Positions 7,169 through 15,659 of a stretch of 47,887 nt of DNA are shown piece after piece (the stretch's first letter is position 1; every line of letters begins with the position of its first letter). This DNA is from an uncultured Candidatus Saccharibacteria bacterium (GTDB taxonomy: Bacteria > Patescibacteriota > Minisyncoccia > Phycocordibacterales > CAIZIN01): assembly GCA_964483025.1 (NCBI GenBank), contig CAYZZT010000001.1, positions 1 to 47,887 on the forward strand, in the 5' to 3' direction. Under the pieces are notes generated by a model that was given only the letters and a program-made list of their open reading frames with translations, was not told where the DNA came from and ran no database searches. A program made the translations under genes and the position numbers.

Positions 7169-7483
7169 ATGCTAGTAAGAATTAAAACAGAAACTGGGTC
7201 TATGTATGACTTTGGCATTACAAGTTCGAAGTATTCGGCTTTTGCCCAAGTCATTCTAGGCGGAAACACAAAATGGGAAATTTACCTCGTTTCAGGTAAG
7301 CTGGAAGAAGAGTCTCTTGAAGATATGTTTCTCGCCGAAGGTTGGGCAAAAGCCAGTCGCGATATTCGGGAATACATCGGGAAACTGAATATTCCGAAGT
7401 TCATTAACACGATGAAGCGTTTTGCATATCCGGGTATCAATCTGGAATACTATGTAGCGAATCATCGCATCCCCGTTAGCTAA
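7169..7483 (+). CDS. hypothetical protein, 104 aa
   Basis: Clean ORF, visibly more G+C-rich than its neighbours. SD-like aggggag upstream; hairpin plus T-run downstream. No family recognised. Confidence 0.55.
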   Translation: MLVRIKTETGSMYDFGITSSKYSAFAQVILGGNTKWEIYLVSGKLEEESLEDMFLAEGWAKASRDIREYIGKLNIPKFINTMKRFAYPGINLEYYVANHRIPVS

Positions 7484-7548
7484 GGCTGACGGGGTTTTCT
7501 TTTTGGGGGTTTTTTGGTATAGTACTTGCAATTATCGACACCGTTTGT

Positions 7549-7707
7549 GTCATTTCCGTGAAGACGGGAATCCAGTCTGTAATTCGAGACTTGTGTCACA
7601 CATAATTTCTTGCTAGAAATTTGTGCGACTCCGTCTCAGCTCGACAGCCTGCGACCGTGGAATCTGGTACCCACCAGATTCCACCCCCGCATTCGCGAGG
7701 ATGACAG
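7549..7707. repeat. MITE-like hairpin repeat element
   Basis: Begins gtcatttccgtgaagacgggaatccagtctg and ends cccccgcattcgcgaggatgacag. Internal segment shared with 12400-12516 and 40280-40440. Confidence 0.7.
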
Positions 7708-7728
7708 AAAGTGAGTTTTTAATTATTT

Positions 7729-7799
7729 GCGGGTATAGTTTAATGGTAGAATGACACACTTCCAATGTGTAGATTCGGGTTCGATTCCCGGTACCCGCA
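7729..7799 (+). tRNA. tRNA-Gly (anticodon UCC)
   Basis: Cloverleaf: acceptor gcgggta/tacccgc, D-arm tagtttaatggtagaa, anticodon loop cuUCCaa, T-arm cgggttcgattcccg, discriminator A. CCA not encoded. Confidence 0.9.
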
Positions 7800-7847
7800 C
7801 AAATAGAAAATACTTCCTTCGGGAAGTATTTTCTATTTGTGCGGGTA
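7792..7847 (+). terminator. 26-bp perfect hairpin whose 5' arm includes the tRNA acceptor 3' strand
   Basis: tacccgcacaaatagaaaatacttcc-ttcg-ggaagtattttctatttgtgcgggta. Confidence 0.55.
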
Positions 7848-7969
7848 AGCAAGCAAAGAGTTTTGCTTGCGTCCGGGAATCGAAAGCCAGAATAAAATTT
7901 TCTAGCAAGAAAAATTCATGAGGCGGGGTCGCGAGCAGATTTTTGCGACGGCAAAAATCTGACTTGTGA

Positions 7970-8027
7970 CCGATGTCCCGGTACATCAGAAAAATATTTG
8001 TAGCCGATGTCCCGGTATCCGCACAAA
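7970..8027 (+). repeat. two partial direct copies of the tRNA-Gly 3' end (att-like scars)
   Basis: ccgatgtcccggtacatcag (7970-7989) and ccgatgtcccggtatccgcacaaa (8004-8027), compared with the tRNA 3' end ttcgattcccggtacccgcacaaa. Confidence 0.55.
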
Positions 8028-8030
8028 AAA

Positions 8031-8061
8031 ACACCAAGACCTTGCCTTGGTGTTTTTTTTA
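8031..8061. terminator. intrinsic terminator
   Basis: acaccaag-accttgc-cttggtgt flanked by an A-run and a T-run. Confidence 0.65.
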
Positions 8062-8072
8062 ATCTTTTTTGA

Positions 8073-8306
8073 TTATGGTTGCTCTCTATATTTTTTGCTG
8101 TCGATCTCATCTTTAATTTCTTGCTCGTTTAAGATGATACCTCCGGGTCCTACAGCTCTTGCTGTTCCTGGACCTCCCATTCCCACTGCTTGAGAATCGC
8201 TTATCTCAGACTCTACTATTGGATCTGTTAACTCCTCTTCTTTAACTGGCTCTTGATTTGGCGGAGTTGCCTTTGGCCCCATCCCCATCATTGAAAAAAA
8301 TGACAT
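8073..8306 (-). CDS. possible small acidic G/P-rich protein, 77 aa
   Basis: ORF only. Low-complexity composition, no clear SD or promoter. Confidence 0.25.
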   Translation of the reverse strand: MSFFSMMGMGPKATPPNQEPVKEEELTDPIVESEISDSQAVGMGGPGTARAVGPGGIILNEQEIKDEIDSKKYREQP

Positions 8307-8407
8307 ACTTGACTTTTTTGTTATTAATTGTTAAATTACATCCAGAACGAGTGTCCAGATTACTTAATTGTATCAACAAACAAACAAAAAACAACAAGGA
8401 GGTAAAA

Positions 8408-8971
8408 ATGAGAAAATTGCAGATGGCCTTGAATGACCAGCAAATTATTCTTCGTAGGAACATTGACAACAGAGTTGTCACAGAAATGTGTTTCTTAATT
8501 GATCAGATGGTTCAGGCGGAAGTTAAAAAAGCTGAATTATTTATCAATTGTTATGGTGGTCTAGTTGAAGATGCTCTGCATCTCTGCGACGCCATCACAA
8601 GTAGTGGAATCGAGTTTACCGCTGTGGTAACTGCAAATTGTCAATCTTGTGCCGTGGCAGTTTTACAGGTGTGCACGTCACGATTTGCGTACCCTAACGC
8701 GACTTTGATGGTTCACGAAGTTGAAATGGAACACTCAACTGTCCTTCACCGGTCAAAGAGTTTGGAGACATATCAAGATGAGATTGCTTTCAAATATCAA
8801 AGAATCCAAGATTTAGATACGAGGATCAAGCAAATATTGTGCTCTCGTCTGAGCTCGGATAGGACGTTGTTTGGCAGTTATTATGTGGAAGGCAACCATT
8901 TTAGTTCCGAAGTTGCTTTACAGATAGGGCTTATTGATAAAATCGTTTACCCCGTCGCTTCCAAAGCCTAA
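8408..8971 (+). CDS. divergent ClpP-like (S14 family) serine peptidase paralog
   Basis: Strong SD aaggagg 8396-8402. Aligns by eye to the ClpP in this window: INCYGG vs VNSPGG, CQSCAVAVL vs AASMGAVIL (Ser retained), MVHEV vs MIHQP (His retained). More G+C-rich than clpP at 18070. Confidence 0.6.
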   Translation: MRKLQMALNDQQIILRRNIDNRVVTEMCFLIDQMVQAEVKKAELFINCYGGLVEDALHLCDAITSSGIEFTAVVTANCQSCAVAVLQVCTSRFAYPNATLMVHEVEMEHSTVLHRSKSLETYQDEIAFKYQRIQDLDTRIKQILCSRLSSDRTLFGSYYVEGNHFSSEVALQIGLIDKIVYPVASKA

Positions 8972-8994
8972 TCCTCACCGGTTAGGCTTTTTTC
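8965..8994 (+). terminator. terminator overlapping the stop codon (copy 1 of a duplicated terminator)
   Basis: agcctaa-tcctcaccgg-ttaggct + tttttt. Near-identical copy at 9223-9254. Confidence 0.65.
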
Positions 8995-9034
8995 ATTGAC
9001 ACATTTTGTCGATAGTGTTATAAATGTTGACAGA

Positions 9035-9229
9035 ATGAATGAAAATCTGTTTGAGCCTGCGTGCGATGTCTTGTCTGAGCTGGGAGGGCCTGTTGTAAAA
9101 ACAGGCATTCAACTGCTTAAGTCCGAGGAGGGAATAGCTCTTCAAAAGAGGTGTGAAGACGGCGAAATCGATGAAGCCGAATTTGCCAAGCTTTTCCGTA
9201 GTCTAATATTCATGAAATTACAAGCCTAA
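9035..9229 (+). CDS. hypothetical small protein, 64 aa
   Basis: Promoter-like TTGACA 8996-9001, 17-nt spacer, TGtTATAAA. ATG at 9035. Acidic helical composition. Ends in duplicated terminator copy 2. Confidence 0.45.
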   Translation: MNENLFEPACDVLSELGGPVVKTGIQLLKSEEGIALQKRCEDGEIDEAEFAKLFRSLIFMKLQA

Positions 9230-9254
9230 CCCTCACCGGTTAGGTCTTTTTTTC
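9223..9254 (+). terminator. terminator overlapping the stop codon (copy 2)
   Basis: agcctaa-ccctcaccgg-ttaggtc + ttttttt. Confidence 0.65.
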
Positions 9255-9297
9255 TTTGGTTTTGTTTTTCCAAACTTTCTGCTATTATTCTACCACT

Positions 9298-10125
9298 ATG
9301 ATTCATAAATATTGTTATTTTCAGGGTGCCATTACTCAGTTTGATAAGGCTCACATATCACTAAATGATCTCGGGGTCCTTCGTGGTTATGGAGTTTTTG
9401 ATTTTTATAGGTCATACAATGGCAAACCTTTTTATTTAAAAGAGCATTATGCTCGTTTTCAAAACTCAGCTAGAAGCATTGGCCTTACTGTACCGGTTTC
9501 ATTTAAGAATTTTGAAAAAATTACTCTAGATTTATTAAAGAAAAATAAAGTAAAAGATGCAAGTTTCAGGGCTGTATTACTTGGAGGGCCGGTTCAAAAT
9601 AGTTTAGCTCCGGCCAGGCCAACTTTTTATATTCTTAATGAAGAGGCATATGCACCGACAGACGAACAAGCAAAAAATGGAGTGAGTTTAATGGTGCATG
9701 AATATCTCCGCTATATTCCAGAAGCAAAAACAACAAATTATATGGAGGCCGTGAAGATGCAGAAAGAAAAAATAAAACAAAAAGCCTATGAGATTTTGTA
9801 TGTTTTAAATGGAGAGGTTTTGGAATGTTCCACAAGCAATATTTTTATGATAAAAGGTAAGCATCTTGTAACACCAAAGAAAAATATTCTAAAAGGAATT
9901 ACGAGAAAAGTTATTTTGAAAATTGCGAAGAAGGATTTTATAATAGAGGAGAGAGATGTAGAAATTTATGAGCTTCTTTTGGCTGATGAAGTATTTATTT
10001 CTGGTACGAATAAGGAAATCCTTCCTATTGTAAAAGTTGGAAAGAAAGTTATTGGAAATGGAAAAGTGGGGGAGAAGACAAAATTATTGATGAAACTTTG
10101 GAAGGACATAACACATAACATATAA
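9298..10125 (+). CDS. class IV (fold type IV) aminotransferase, branched-chain or D-amino-acid type
   Basis: GYGVFDFYRSYNGKPFYLKEHYARF N-terminal signature. Catalytic-Lys context EAKTTNYMEAV. C-terminal ISGTNKEILPI motif. ATG 9298 preferred over the upstream alternative start. Confidence 0.8.
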   Translation: MIHKYCYFQGAITQFDKAHISLNDLGVLRGYGVFDFYRSYNGKPFYLKEHYARFQNSARSIGLTVPVSFKNFEKITLDLLKKNKVKDASFRAVLLGGPVQNSLAPARPTFYILNEEAYAPTDEQAKNGVSLMVHEYLRYIPEAKTTNYMEAVKMQKEKIKQKAYEILYVLNGEVLECSTSNIFMIKGKHLVTPKKNILKGITRKVILKIAKKDFIIEERDVEIYELLLADEVFISGTNKEILPIVKVGKKVIGNGKVGEKTKLLMKLWKDITHNI

Positions 10126-10130
10126 CTTGT

Positions 10131-10203
10131 GTCATTCCCGCGGAGGCGGGAATCCATGAATTAAATACTACAGACTGGATTCCCGCCTCCGCGGGAATGA
10201 CAG
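10131..10203. repeat. MITE-like element (two inverted hairpin modules)
   Basis: gtcattcccgcggaggcgggaatccatg ... cagactggattcccgcctccgcgggaatgacag. Confidence 0.75.
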
Positions 10204-10259
10204 TCGATAAGCAAAAAATCGCCGTTAGGCGATTTTTTGATTTTTCCCTCGAGAGAAAA

Positions 10260-10532
10260 TTACTTAACTGCTTCTTTAAGCGCCTTAGCCGGTCGGAATT
10301 TTGGCACTCTCATAGCAGGAACTTTGATAGATTCGCCTGTTCGTGGGTTTCTTGCGTCACGTGCAGCACGATGCTTTACTGAAAAAATACCCAATCCTGC
10401 GATAGAAACCTCGTCGCCAGATTTAAGTGTTTTAACAATAGATTCAAGAATAGTATCCACAACCTGCTCAGCCTGTACTTTTGTACCGCCAACCACGCCG
10501 TGAACCGCTTCTACAATTCCTTGTTTATTCAT
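10260..10532 (-). CDS. hup: HU family DNA-binding protein
   Basis: 90 aa. GLGIFSVKHRAARDARNPRTGESIKVPA arm motif typical of HU/IHF. Confidence 0.9.
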   Translation of the reverse strand: MNKQGIVEAVHGVVGGTKVQAEQVVDTILESIVKTLKSGDEVSIAGLGIFSVKHRAARDARNPRTGESIKVPAMRVPKFRPAKALKEAVK

Positions 10533-10781
10533 TTTATTTACTGTGAAATTGATAATGAAATTCGACCGTCGATTGCCCCCTGTGCGTCAACAAAGAGTGA
10601 ATCGTCTAACTATCATTATATTACAACGTTTTTTCGATGCAACTATTTCAGCACTTGACAATAATTATGTAGTATGCTACAATTAGTAAGGAATATCGCT
10701 TTAAGTGGACATTTAAATGCCAGAATATGGCTATAAATGGTCATCTGGGGCGATGTTTTCTTTGACAGAAATCGAAAAAAA

Positions 10782-11024
10782 ATGAACAAAATCACTAAGA
10801 CTGAACTTGTGATGGTGGCCATTGCCTTCATCATCCTCGGTACCATCTATGGTATCTGGCGTATCCAAACGTCTGAAGACAATCTCGTCCCAAGCACCTC
10901 GGTGCAGAAGGTCGAGAAGAAACAGCGGGTAGAGAAGCCTGCTGAGAAACCGGCAGAAAAACCGGCTGAGAAAGAAGAAGGATTTGTTGGTACCGGCTCT
11001 CCCGGCATCACTTTCAATCCGTAA
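10782..11024 (+). CDS. small membrane-anchored protein with PAEK repeats
   Basis: ATG 10782, TM helix LVMVAIAFIILGTIYGIW, EKPAEKPAEKPAEK repeat. More G+C-rich than surroundings. Confidence 0.5.
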   Translation: MNKITKTELVMVAIAFIILGTIYGIWRIQTSEDNLVPSTSVQKVEKKQRVEKPAEKPAEKPAEKEEGFVGTGSPGITFNP

Positions 11025-11063
11025 ACAAAAACAACACAAACAACACAACGAAAGAAACACAGA

Positions 11064-12116
11064 ATGAAAACGATTAAATTTACAGCAACGCTTATTCTCG
11101 CCTTTGGTCTCATTAACATCGGTTTTGCACAAACGTCTACTGGCGGTGGTGCTAGTGGAGGTGGACCAATCACTCCGCCGACCGTCGTACCCGAAGAATT
11201 GCACATCGGTAGCCAGTCCGAACTTCGTAGTTGGGCTTGCAGTCAAGTCTGTGGTGGAAACATTCAGATCTACGGTGAGCCTGTGATGTGGGACTCGCTA
11301 ATGCAAACCTACTTCGACATCCAAGGATCATTGGCGGACAATGTCGTGAAGCGTCTCGCAGCAGTTTCTTTTTATGTTCGAGTTTCGGACAGAGAGAAAT
11401 CGCTTGGTACCTTCGCTACACTGTACAACAAAGAGCATATGACGCTCTTCTATGGTTACGAACCCGCAACCGTGTCTGAAGAAGGCAAGATTGTTTGGGA
11501 GAAAGATATTGATCTGAATGAGATGACATACGAGGTGCCGATTTACGTCGGTCAGAATATCACATCAGCACATGTCCGTACTGACAACGGTTGGGATAAC
11601 GTCACTGTGAATGATGGGTGGATTTACTTCCCGAGTGAATATGCTGGTGCGGATGGTGAATTGGTTCTTTGGGATGGTAGTCGGGAAATTTGGTATTCGC
11701 TTTCGAGTGGTGCCATAATTCCAGGCTACATTATATCGGGTTCAGTCGGTGTTACGTTATCCGATTACCAAAGTTTCTCGGATGAAGGTTATCTGAGCAC
11801 AAGTCCGCTCTATGTCGGGGTTAAAGGTTACGTTGGTGAGAATCATAAAGCACCGGTTGCCTCTGTGAAGGTGACATCAACCCGTGCAGTCAAGTTTGCC
11901 TGTTCTATCACCAAGATAATGGTGAATGGCGGGATGGAAGTTCCTGTTCTGAGTGGTTGGATATTTAGCAACGGCGGTAACGACAAAATGCCGATCTCGC
12001 TTCTTCCGGGTCAGTGGGTGACATTGACTCTGACACCAGGCGATTATACCTTCGGCCCAGACACCGAAATCTATAACGAACCGGCACCGGTGATTATCGG
12101 TGGCGAGAGGGGATAA
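11064..12116 (+). CDS. secreted protein, 350 aa, unknown function
   Basis: Signal-peptide-like N-terminus MKTIKFTATLILAFGLINIGFAQ. A/C-rich leader. The minus-strand ORFs here are antisense shadows. No family recognised. Confidence 0.65.
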   Translation: MKTIKFTATLILAFGLINIGFAQTSTGGGASGGGPITPPTVVPEELHIGSQSELRSWACSQVCGGNIQIYGEPVMWDSLMQTYFDIQGSLADNVVKRLAAVSFYVRVSDREKSLGTFATLYNKEHMTLFYGYEPATVSEEGKIVWEKDIDLNEMTYEVPIYVGQNITSAHVRTDNGWDNVTVNDGWIYFPSEYAGADGELVLWDGSREIWYSLSSGAIIPGYIISGSVGVTLSDYQSFSDEGYLSTSPLYVGVKGYVGENHKAPVASVKVTSTRAVKFACSITKIMVNGGMEVPVLSGWIFSNGGNDKMPISLLPGQWVTLTLTPGDYTFGPDTEIYNEPAPVIIGGERG

Positions 12117-12175
12117 AAACCCTAAGTTTAGTACAAATCAAAAACCACCGGGTTGCGCAAGCGACCCGGTGGTAT

Positions 12176-12516
12176 TTCTTTGTATTTGTTTTGAATTTAA
12201 TATTTTGGATTTTGATATTGTTTCGAATTTCGAGCTTCGTGCTTCGGATTTAATACAAACTAACTTGGATCTCCGGGATTACCCACAAGTATTTTTCTGC
12301 TAAAAAATCTTCTGGGCACAACTCGCCCAAAAGTATTTTTCTGCTGAAAAATCTTTTCGTCATGCCTCAGCTCGACAGCTTCCGGCCTTGCGTTCGGGTC
12401 ACGTATAATTTCTTGTTAGAAATTTACTCGACCCCGACTCAGTCGCCTTCGCTCCTTCCGTCTTTCAATCTGATACCCATCAGATTGAACCCATCCCGAC
12501 TTCACGAGGATGACAG
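12176..12516. repeat. composite MITE-like repeat cluster
   Basis: gtttcgaatttcgagcttcgtgcttcgg module (also near 42560). ttttctgctaaaaaatcttct modules (also near 30085, 40280, 40995). Ends cccgacttcacgaggatgacag. Confidence 0.7.
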
Positions 12517-12527
12517 AAAAGATGGGA

Positions 12528-14054
12528 TTATCTTGCGTAGTCGATGATGCGTGTTTCGCGGATAGCTGTAACTTTAATTTCTCCCGGATATTTTAGCTCC
12601 TGCTCAATTCTAAGCGCTACATTTCTAGCAAGTTCTTTTGTTTCCACATCACCCATAGCACTAGGATTTATAAATATTCGAATTTCTCGTCCAGCTTGCA
12701 AAGCATATGCTTTTTCAACACCTTCAAATCCTGTTGCAATTTTTTCCAAATCTTCAAGTCTCTTTATATAATTTTCAACACTATCTCGTCTTGCACCTGG
12801 TCGTGAACCAGAAATAGAGTCAGCAACTTGAACAATAATACTTTCAACAGTTTCAAAAGGATATTCTTCGTGATGAGCTTGCATTGCCTTCACAACATCT
12901 TCACTCACATTAAACTTCTGAAGAATTCTTCTTCCAATTTCTACATGTGAGCCAGCAACTTCATGGTCTACAGCTTTTCCAATATCATGAAGAAGCGCAC
13001 CTGCTTTTGTTGTTTGAACATTTGCCCCCATTTCTTGTGCAATCATTCCTGCAATATGCGTCATTTCAATAGAGTGTTGAAGAACATTTTGTCCATAACT
13101 TGTCCGGAAATATAATCTTCCCAAAATACCAAGTAATCGTGGGTCGAGATTGAACACTCCCACTTCGTATGCTGCTTGTTCTCCTTTCTCTTTAATTATT
13201 TTATTGATTTCAAGTTTTGCTTTTTCAATCATTTCCTCAATTTTTGCTGGCTGAATTCTTCCATCAAGAATTAAGTTTTCAAGTGCAAGCCGAGCAACCT
13301 GTCTTCGGATAGGGTCGAATGAAGAAATTGTGATAGCTCCCGGAGTATCATCCACAATAAGTTCAACGCCAGACATTCTCTCGAATGTTTTAATGTTTCG
13401 TCCTTCTTTTCCAATCACTTTACCTTTTATTTCATCACTTGGAATATTTACATGTGTTGTAAATACATCTGATGAAACAGAATTTCCATATCTTTGAATA
13501 CATGTAGCTAAAATATCTTTTGCTTGTTTTTCAATTTTTTCTTGGCCTGTCATTTCAAGCTTTTGCATTCGAATTGCAAGATCTTCCTCAGACTGTTTTT
13601 CTATAATTTTGAAAAGTTCTTGCTTTCCCTCTTCTTTTGTAAGGCCAGCAATTTTTTCAATTTCACCTATTTTTTGTGCTTCAATTTCTGATATTTTCAA
13701 AAGTTCTGCTTCAATTTCAGCATTTTTTTGCTTCATATTATCAGCTTCTTGATCAATATCCACCTGTCTTTTGTCCAAAAGAGACTCTTTGTTTATAAGG
13801 CGCTCTTCTGTTTTTAATAATTTCTCTTCTTTTTCTTTTTGCTCTTCACGGGCAGATTTTGCTAATTCAATAGCATTTTTTTCTGCCTCAAGTGTGATTT
13901 TTTTGGCTTCTTCTCGCGCTCCCAAAAGCATTTCTTTGATGTCTAGCTCCATAGAACCTTTCTTTCCTAAAGAAATGATGAGACGCAAAAAATAACCAAC
14001 GATGACCCCAATGAGTCCCGCGAGGGCTAAGAATATGATTACTTTTAATGTCAT
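12528..14054 (-). CDS. rny: ribonuclease Y
   Basis: N-terminal TM helix, long coiled coil, KH domain (GKEGRNIK), HD domain (LLHDIGK). Confidence 0.9.
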   Translation of the reverse strand: MTLKVIIFLALAGLIGVIVGYFLRLIISLGKKGSMELDIKEMLLGAREEAKKITLEAEKNAIELAKSAREEQKEKEEKLLKTEERLINKESLLDKRQVDIDQEADNMKQKNAEIEAELLKISEIEAQKIGEIEKIAGLTKEEGKQELFKIIEKQSEEDLAIRMQKLEMTGQEKIEKQAKDILATCIQRYGNSVSSDVFTTHVNIPSDEIKGKVIGKEGRNIKTFERMSGVELIVDDTPGAITISSFDPIRRQVARLALENLILDGRIQPAKIEEMIEKAKLEINKIIKEKGEQAAYEVGVFNLDPRLLGILGRLYFRTSYGQNVLQHSIEMTHIAGMIAQEMGANVQTTKAGALLHDIGKAVDHEVAGSHVEIGRRILQKFNVSEDVVKAMQAHHEEYPFETVESIIVQVADSISGSRPGARRDSVENYIKRLEDLEKIATGFEGVEKAYALQAGREIRIFINPSAMGDVETKELARNVALRIEQELKYPGEIKVTAIRETRIIDYAR

Positions 14055-14282
14055 TTGTGTGAACAGCTGTTCACCCCTTTAATTATGTGATGTGTTTCTG
14101 CGGAAAGCGTAAATTGTTGAGAATGTTTGTCATATAATGCCAGAAGTTGTCAGCCTTAATTTAATACCAGTAATAACCCCATAATACATTTGTCAAGGGG
14201 AAATTGCAAGGCGGAGCCTTGCAAGGTTCTAAATGTTCAAGATGTTCTAGTGTTCTAAATTCGGAATGCAATTCTGCATCTC

Positions 14283-14367
14283 TGTCATTCCAGTGGAGAC
14301 GGGAATCCAGTCTTTCATCTGTATTGTTATCCCAGTATTCTGTCATCATTGTGAATGCGAGGATCTA
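14283..14367. repeat. MITE-like element
   Basis: tgtcattccagtggagacgggaatccagtct ... tgtcatcattgtgaatgcgaggatc. Confidence 0.65.
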
Positions 14368-14478
14368 TGTTGTTTTTGCATTAAACTTCGTCTCCTAAAA
14401 TACTTTTACATACCTAAAATACAGGCTATTTATAAAATTTTCTTTTAAATTCTATAAAATGTTGTACAATTTATACAA

Positions 14479-15102
14479 ATGGACTCAACAATAATTAATA
14501 ACAAAAGATATGCATTTATAGATGTGCAAAATACTGAAACAACAACGCAAAAATTATTGGGATTTATTGTTGATTGGGAAAAACTCTGTGTATATCTAAA
14601 GGAAAAATGGAAATGTGAAAAGATTTTCTTTTATTCTGGTATTGATGAAGGCGATGAAGAAACCGCTAAAGAATTTGATTCTCTATCTCGTAATGGATGT
14701 ATCGTAAAATCAAAGACAGTCTTTGCATATAAGAAATCAGATAAAACAATTTCAATAAAATGTGTGCATTGTGGCAAAGATAATGTAGAGGTTGTAGATA
14801 TGGGGTATAACAAAAAATCAAATTGTGATGTTGACCTCACTGTTGATGCTATGGATGAAGCTGGAAAAGATAAAGAATTTATAATTTTTTCTGGAGATGG
14901 AGATTTTGAGTATTTAATAAGAAAAATTGTTGAAAAAGGTACAAAGGTTTACGTTGTTTCTTCAAATGCTGGTGTGAGGAAGCCCGGCATTAACACTAAG
15001 AGATTTTCAACGAAGCTCAAGTCTCTTATAGATAACAATAGGGGGAAGATAAACTTTATTGATATTAATAGTTGGAAAATGAAAATACAGAAAACCATAT
15101 AA
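14479..15102 (+). CDS. NYN/LabA-like (DUF88) domain protein with inserted zinc-ribbon-like CxxC
   Basis: YAFIDVQN N-terminal acidic motif, FSGDGDFEYLIRK and KVYVVSS motifs, CVHCGKDN insertion. TACAAT 8 nt upstream of the ATG. Confidence 0.7.
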   Translation: MDSTIINNKRYAFIDVQNTETTTQKLLGFIVDWEKLCVYLKEKWKCEKIFFYSGIDEGDEETAKEFDSLSRNGCIVKSKTVFAYKKSDKTISIKCVHCGKDNVEVVDMGYNKKSNCDVDLTVDAMDEAGKDKEFIIFSGDGDFEYLIRKIVEKGTKVYVVSSNAGVRKPGINTKRFSTKLKSLIDNNRGKINFIDINSWKMKIQKTI

Positions 15103-15370
15103 AGTACAAACCGCCACGAAGCGTGGCGGTCTGCGAATGACTTAATTATCATAGCTCTTGTTATAATAAAAGTCAAGCAAAATTGGTAAAATTTCTTAAA
15201 CTTATTTATACTATATAGGCACACAAGAAAAATCACTTCGTAAGGGCTAGTCCTTATGCGGTGCTTTTTCATGGTTCTATAAACATTGGTGTGGAAGATT
15301 TTATGAGTTTTTTAGGATTTTTTTTGAAAATCGTCTTCTAATTACCTTACTAATATCTCGCGTTTTCTTA

Positions 15371-15452
15371 TGTCATTCCCGCGGAAGCGGGAATCCAGTC
15401 TTATAATTTCAGAATACAGACTTGGATCCCCGCGAGTACGCGAGGATGACAG
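15371..15452. repeat. MITE-like element (82 bp, complete-looking)
   Basis: tgtcattcccgcggaagcgggaatccagtct ... cttggatccccgcgagtacgcgaggatgacag. Termini TGTCAT/ATGACA are inverted. Confidence 0.75.
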
Positions 15453-15598
15453 GCAGGAGTTAGGGAAGCTAATCATGGCCTATATTCTATTTTTTGACAC
15501 AAAACATAACCTTTGAATTGGTTTTCAAACTTTCGAGTTCGTGTTAAGCCATATTTTCTAGTTATTAACCACACTAATACTTGTAGAACCTTTTTCAT

Positions 15599-15650
15599 TT
15601 GACAATAGGCGGTGGGGTGGGGGCTACAATTAGGGGCATTAGAAAATAAT
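15599..15650 (+). promoter_or_regulatory. G-tract promoter-like motif, copy 1
   Basis: TTGACA 15599-15604, 20-nt spacer ataggcggtggggtgggggc, TACAAT 15625-15630, then taggggcattag. About 45 nt are conserved with 46723-46770. Confidence 0.5.
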
Positions 15651-15659
15651 ACAAAAATT

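Noticed and set aside
7845-7890. Second tRNA or tRNA fragment on the minus strand (ttcgattcccgga-like T-arm sequence)
   Set aside because: Only a T-loop-like fragment is present. No acceptor, D or anticodon arms can be drawn. Treated as part of the tRNA-end duplications and repeat debris.
7613-8193. ORFs 7613-7852(-), 7723-8037(-), 7916-8110(-) and 7966-8193(+) around the tRNA
   Set aside because: They run through the tRNA-Gly gene, MITE copies and terminator hairpins. No coding features.
10731-11246. Minus-strand ORFs 10731-11246 (171 aa) and 10847-11206 (119 aa)
   Set aside because: They are antisense shadows of the plus-strand membrane and secreted protein genes. Their sequences are Cys/Phe/Arg-rich, with no start context or terminator.
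12362-12547. Short ORFs inside MITE-like repeats (for example 12362-12547, 40250-40435, 10197-10382, 42365-42556)
   Set aside because: They are translations of repeat hairpins (VIPAxAGI / IPAFAGMT-like peptides). The same sequence occurs in both orientations and in intergenic positions, so they are not genes.
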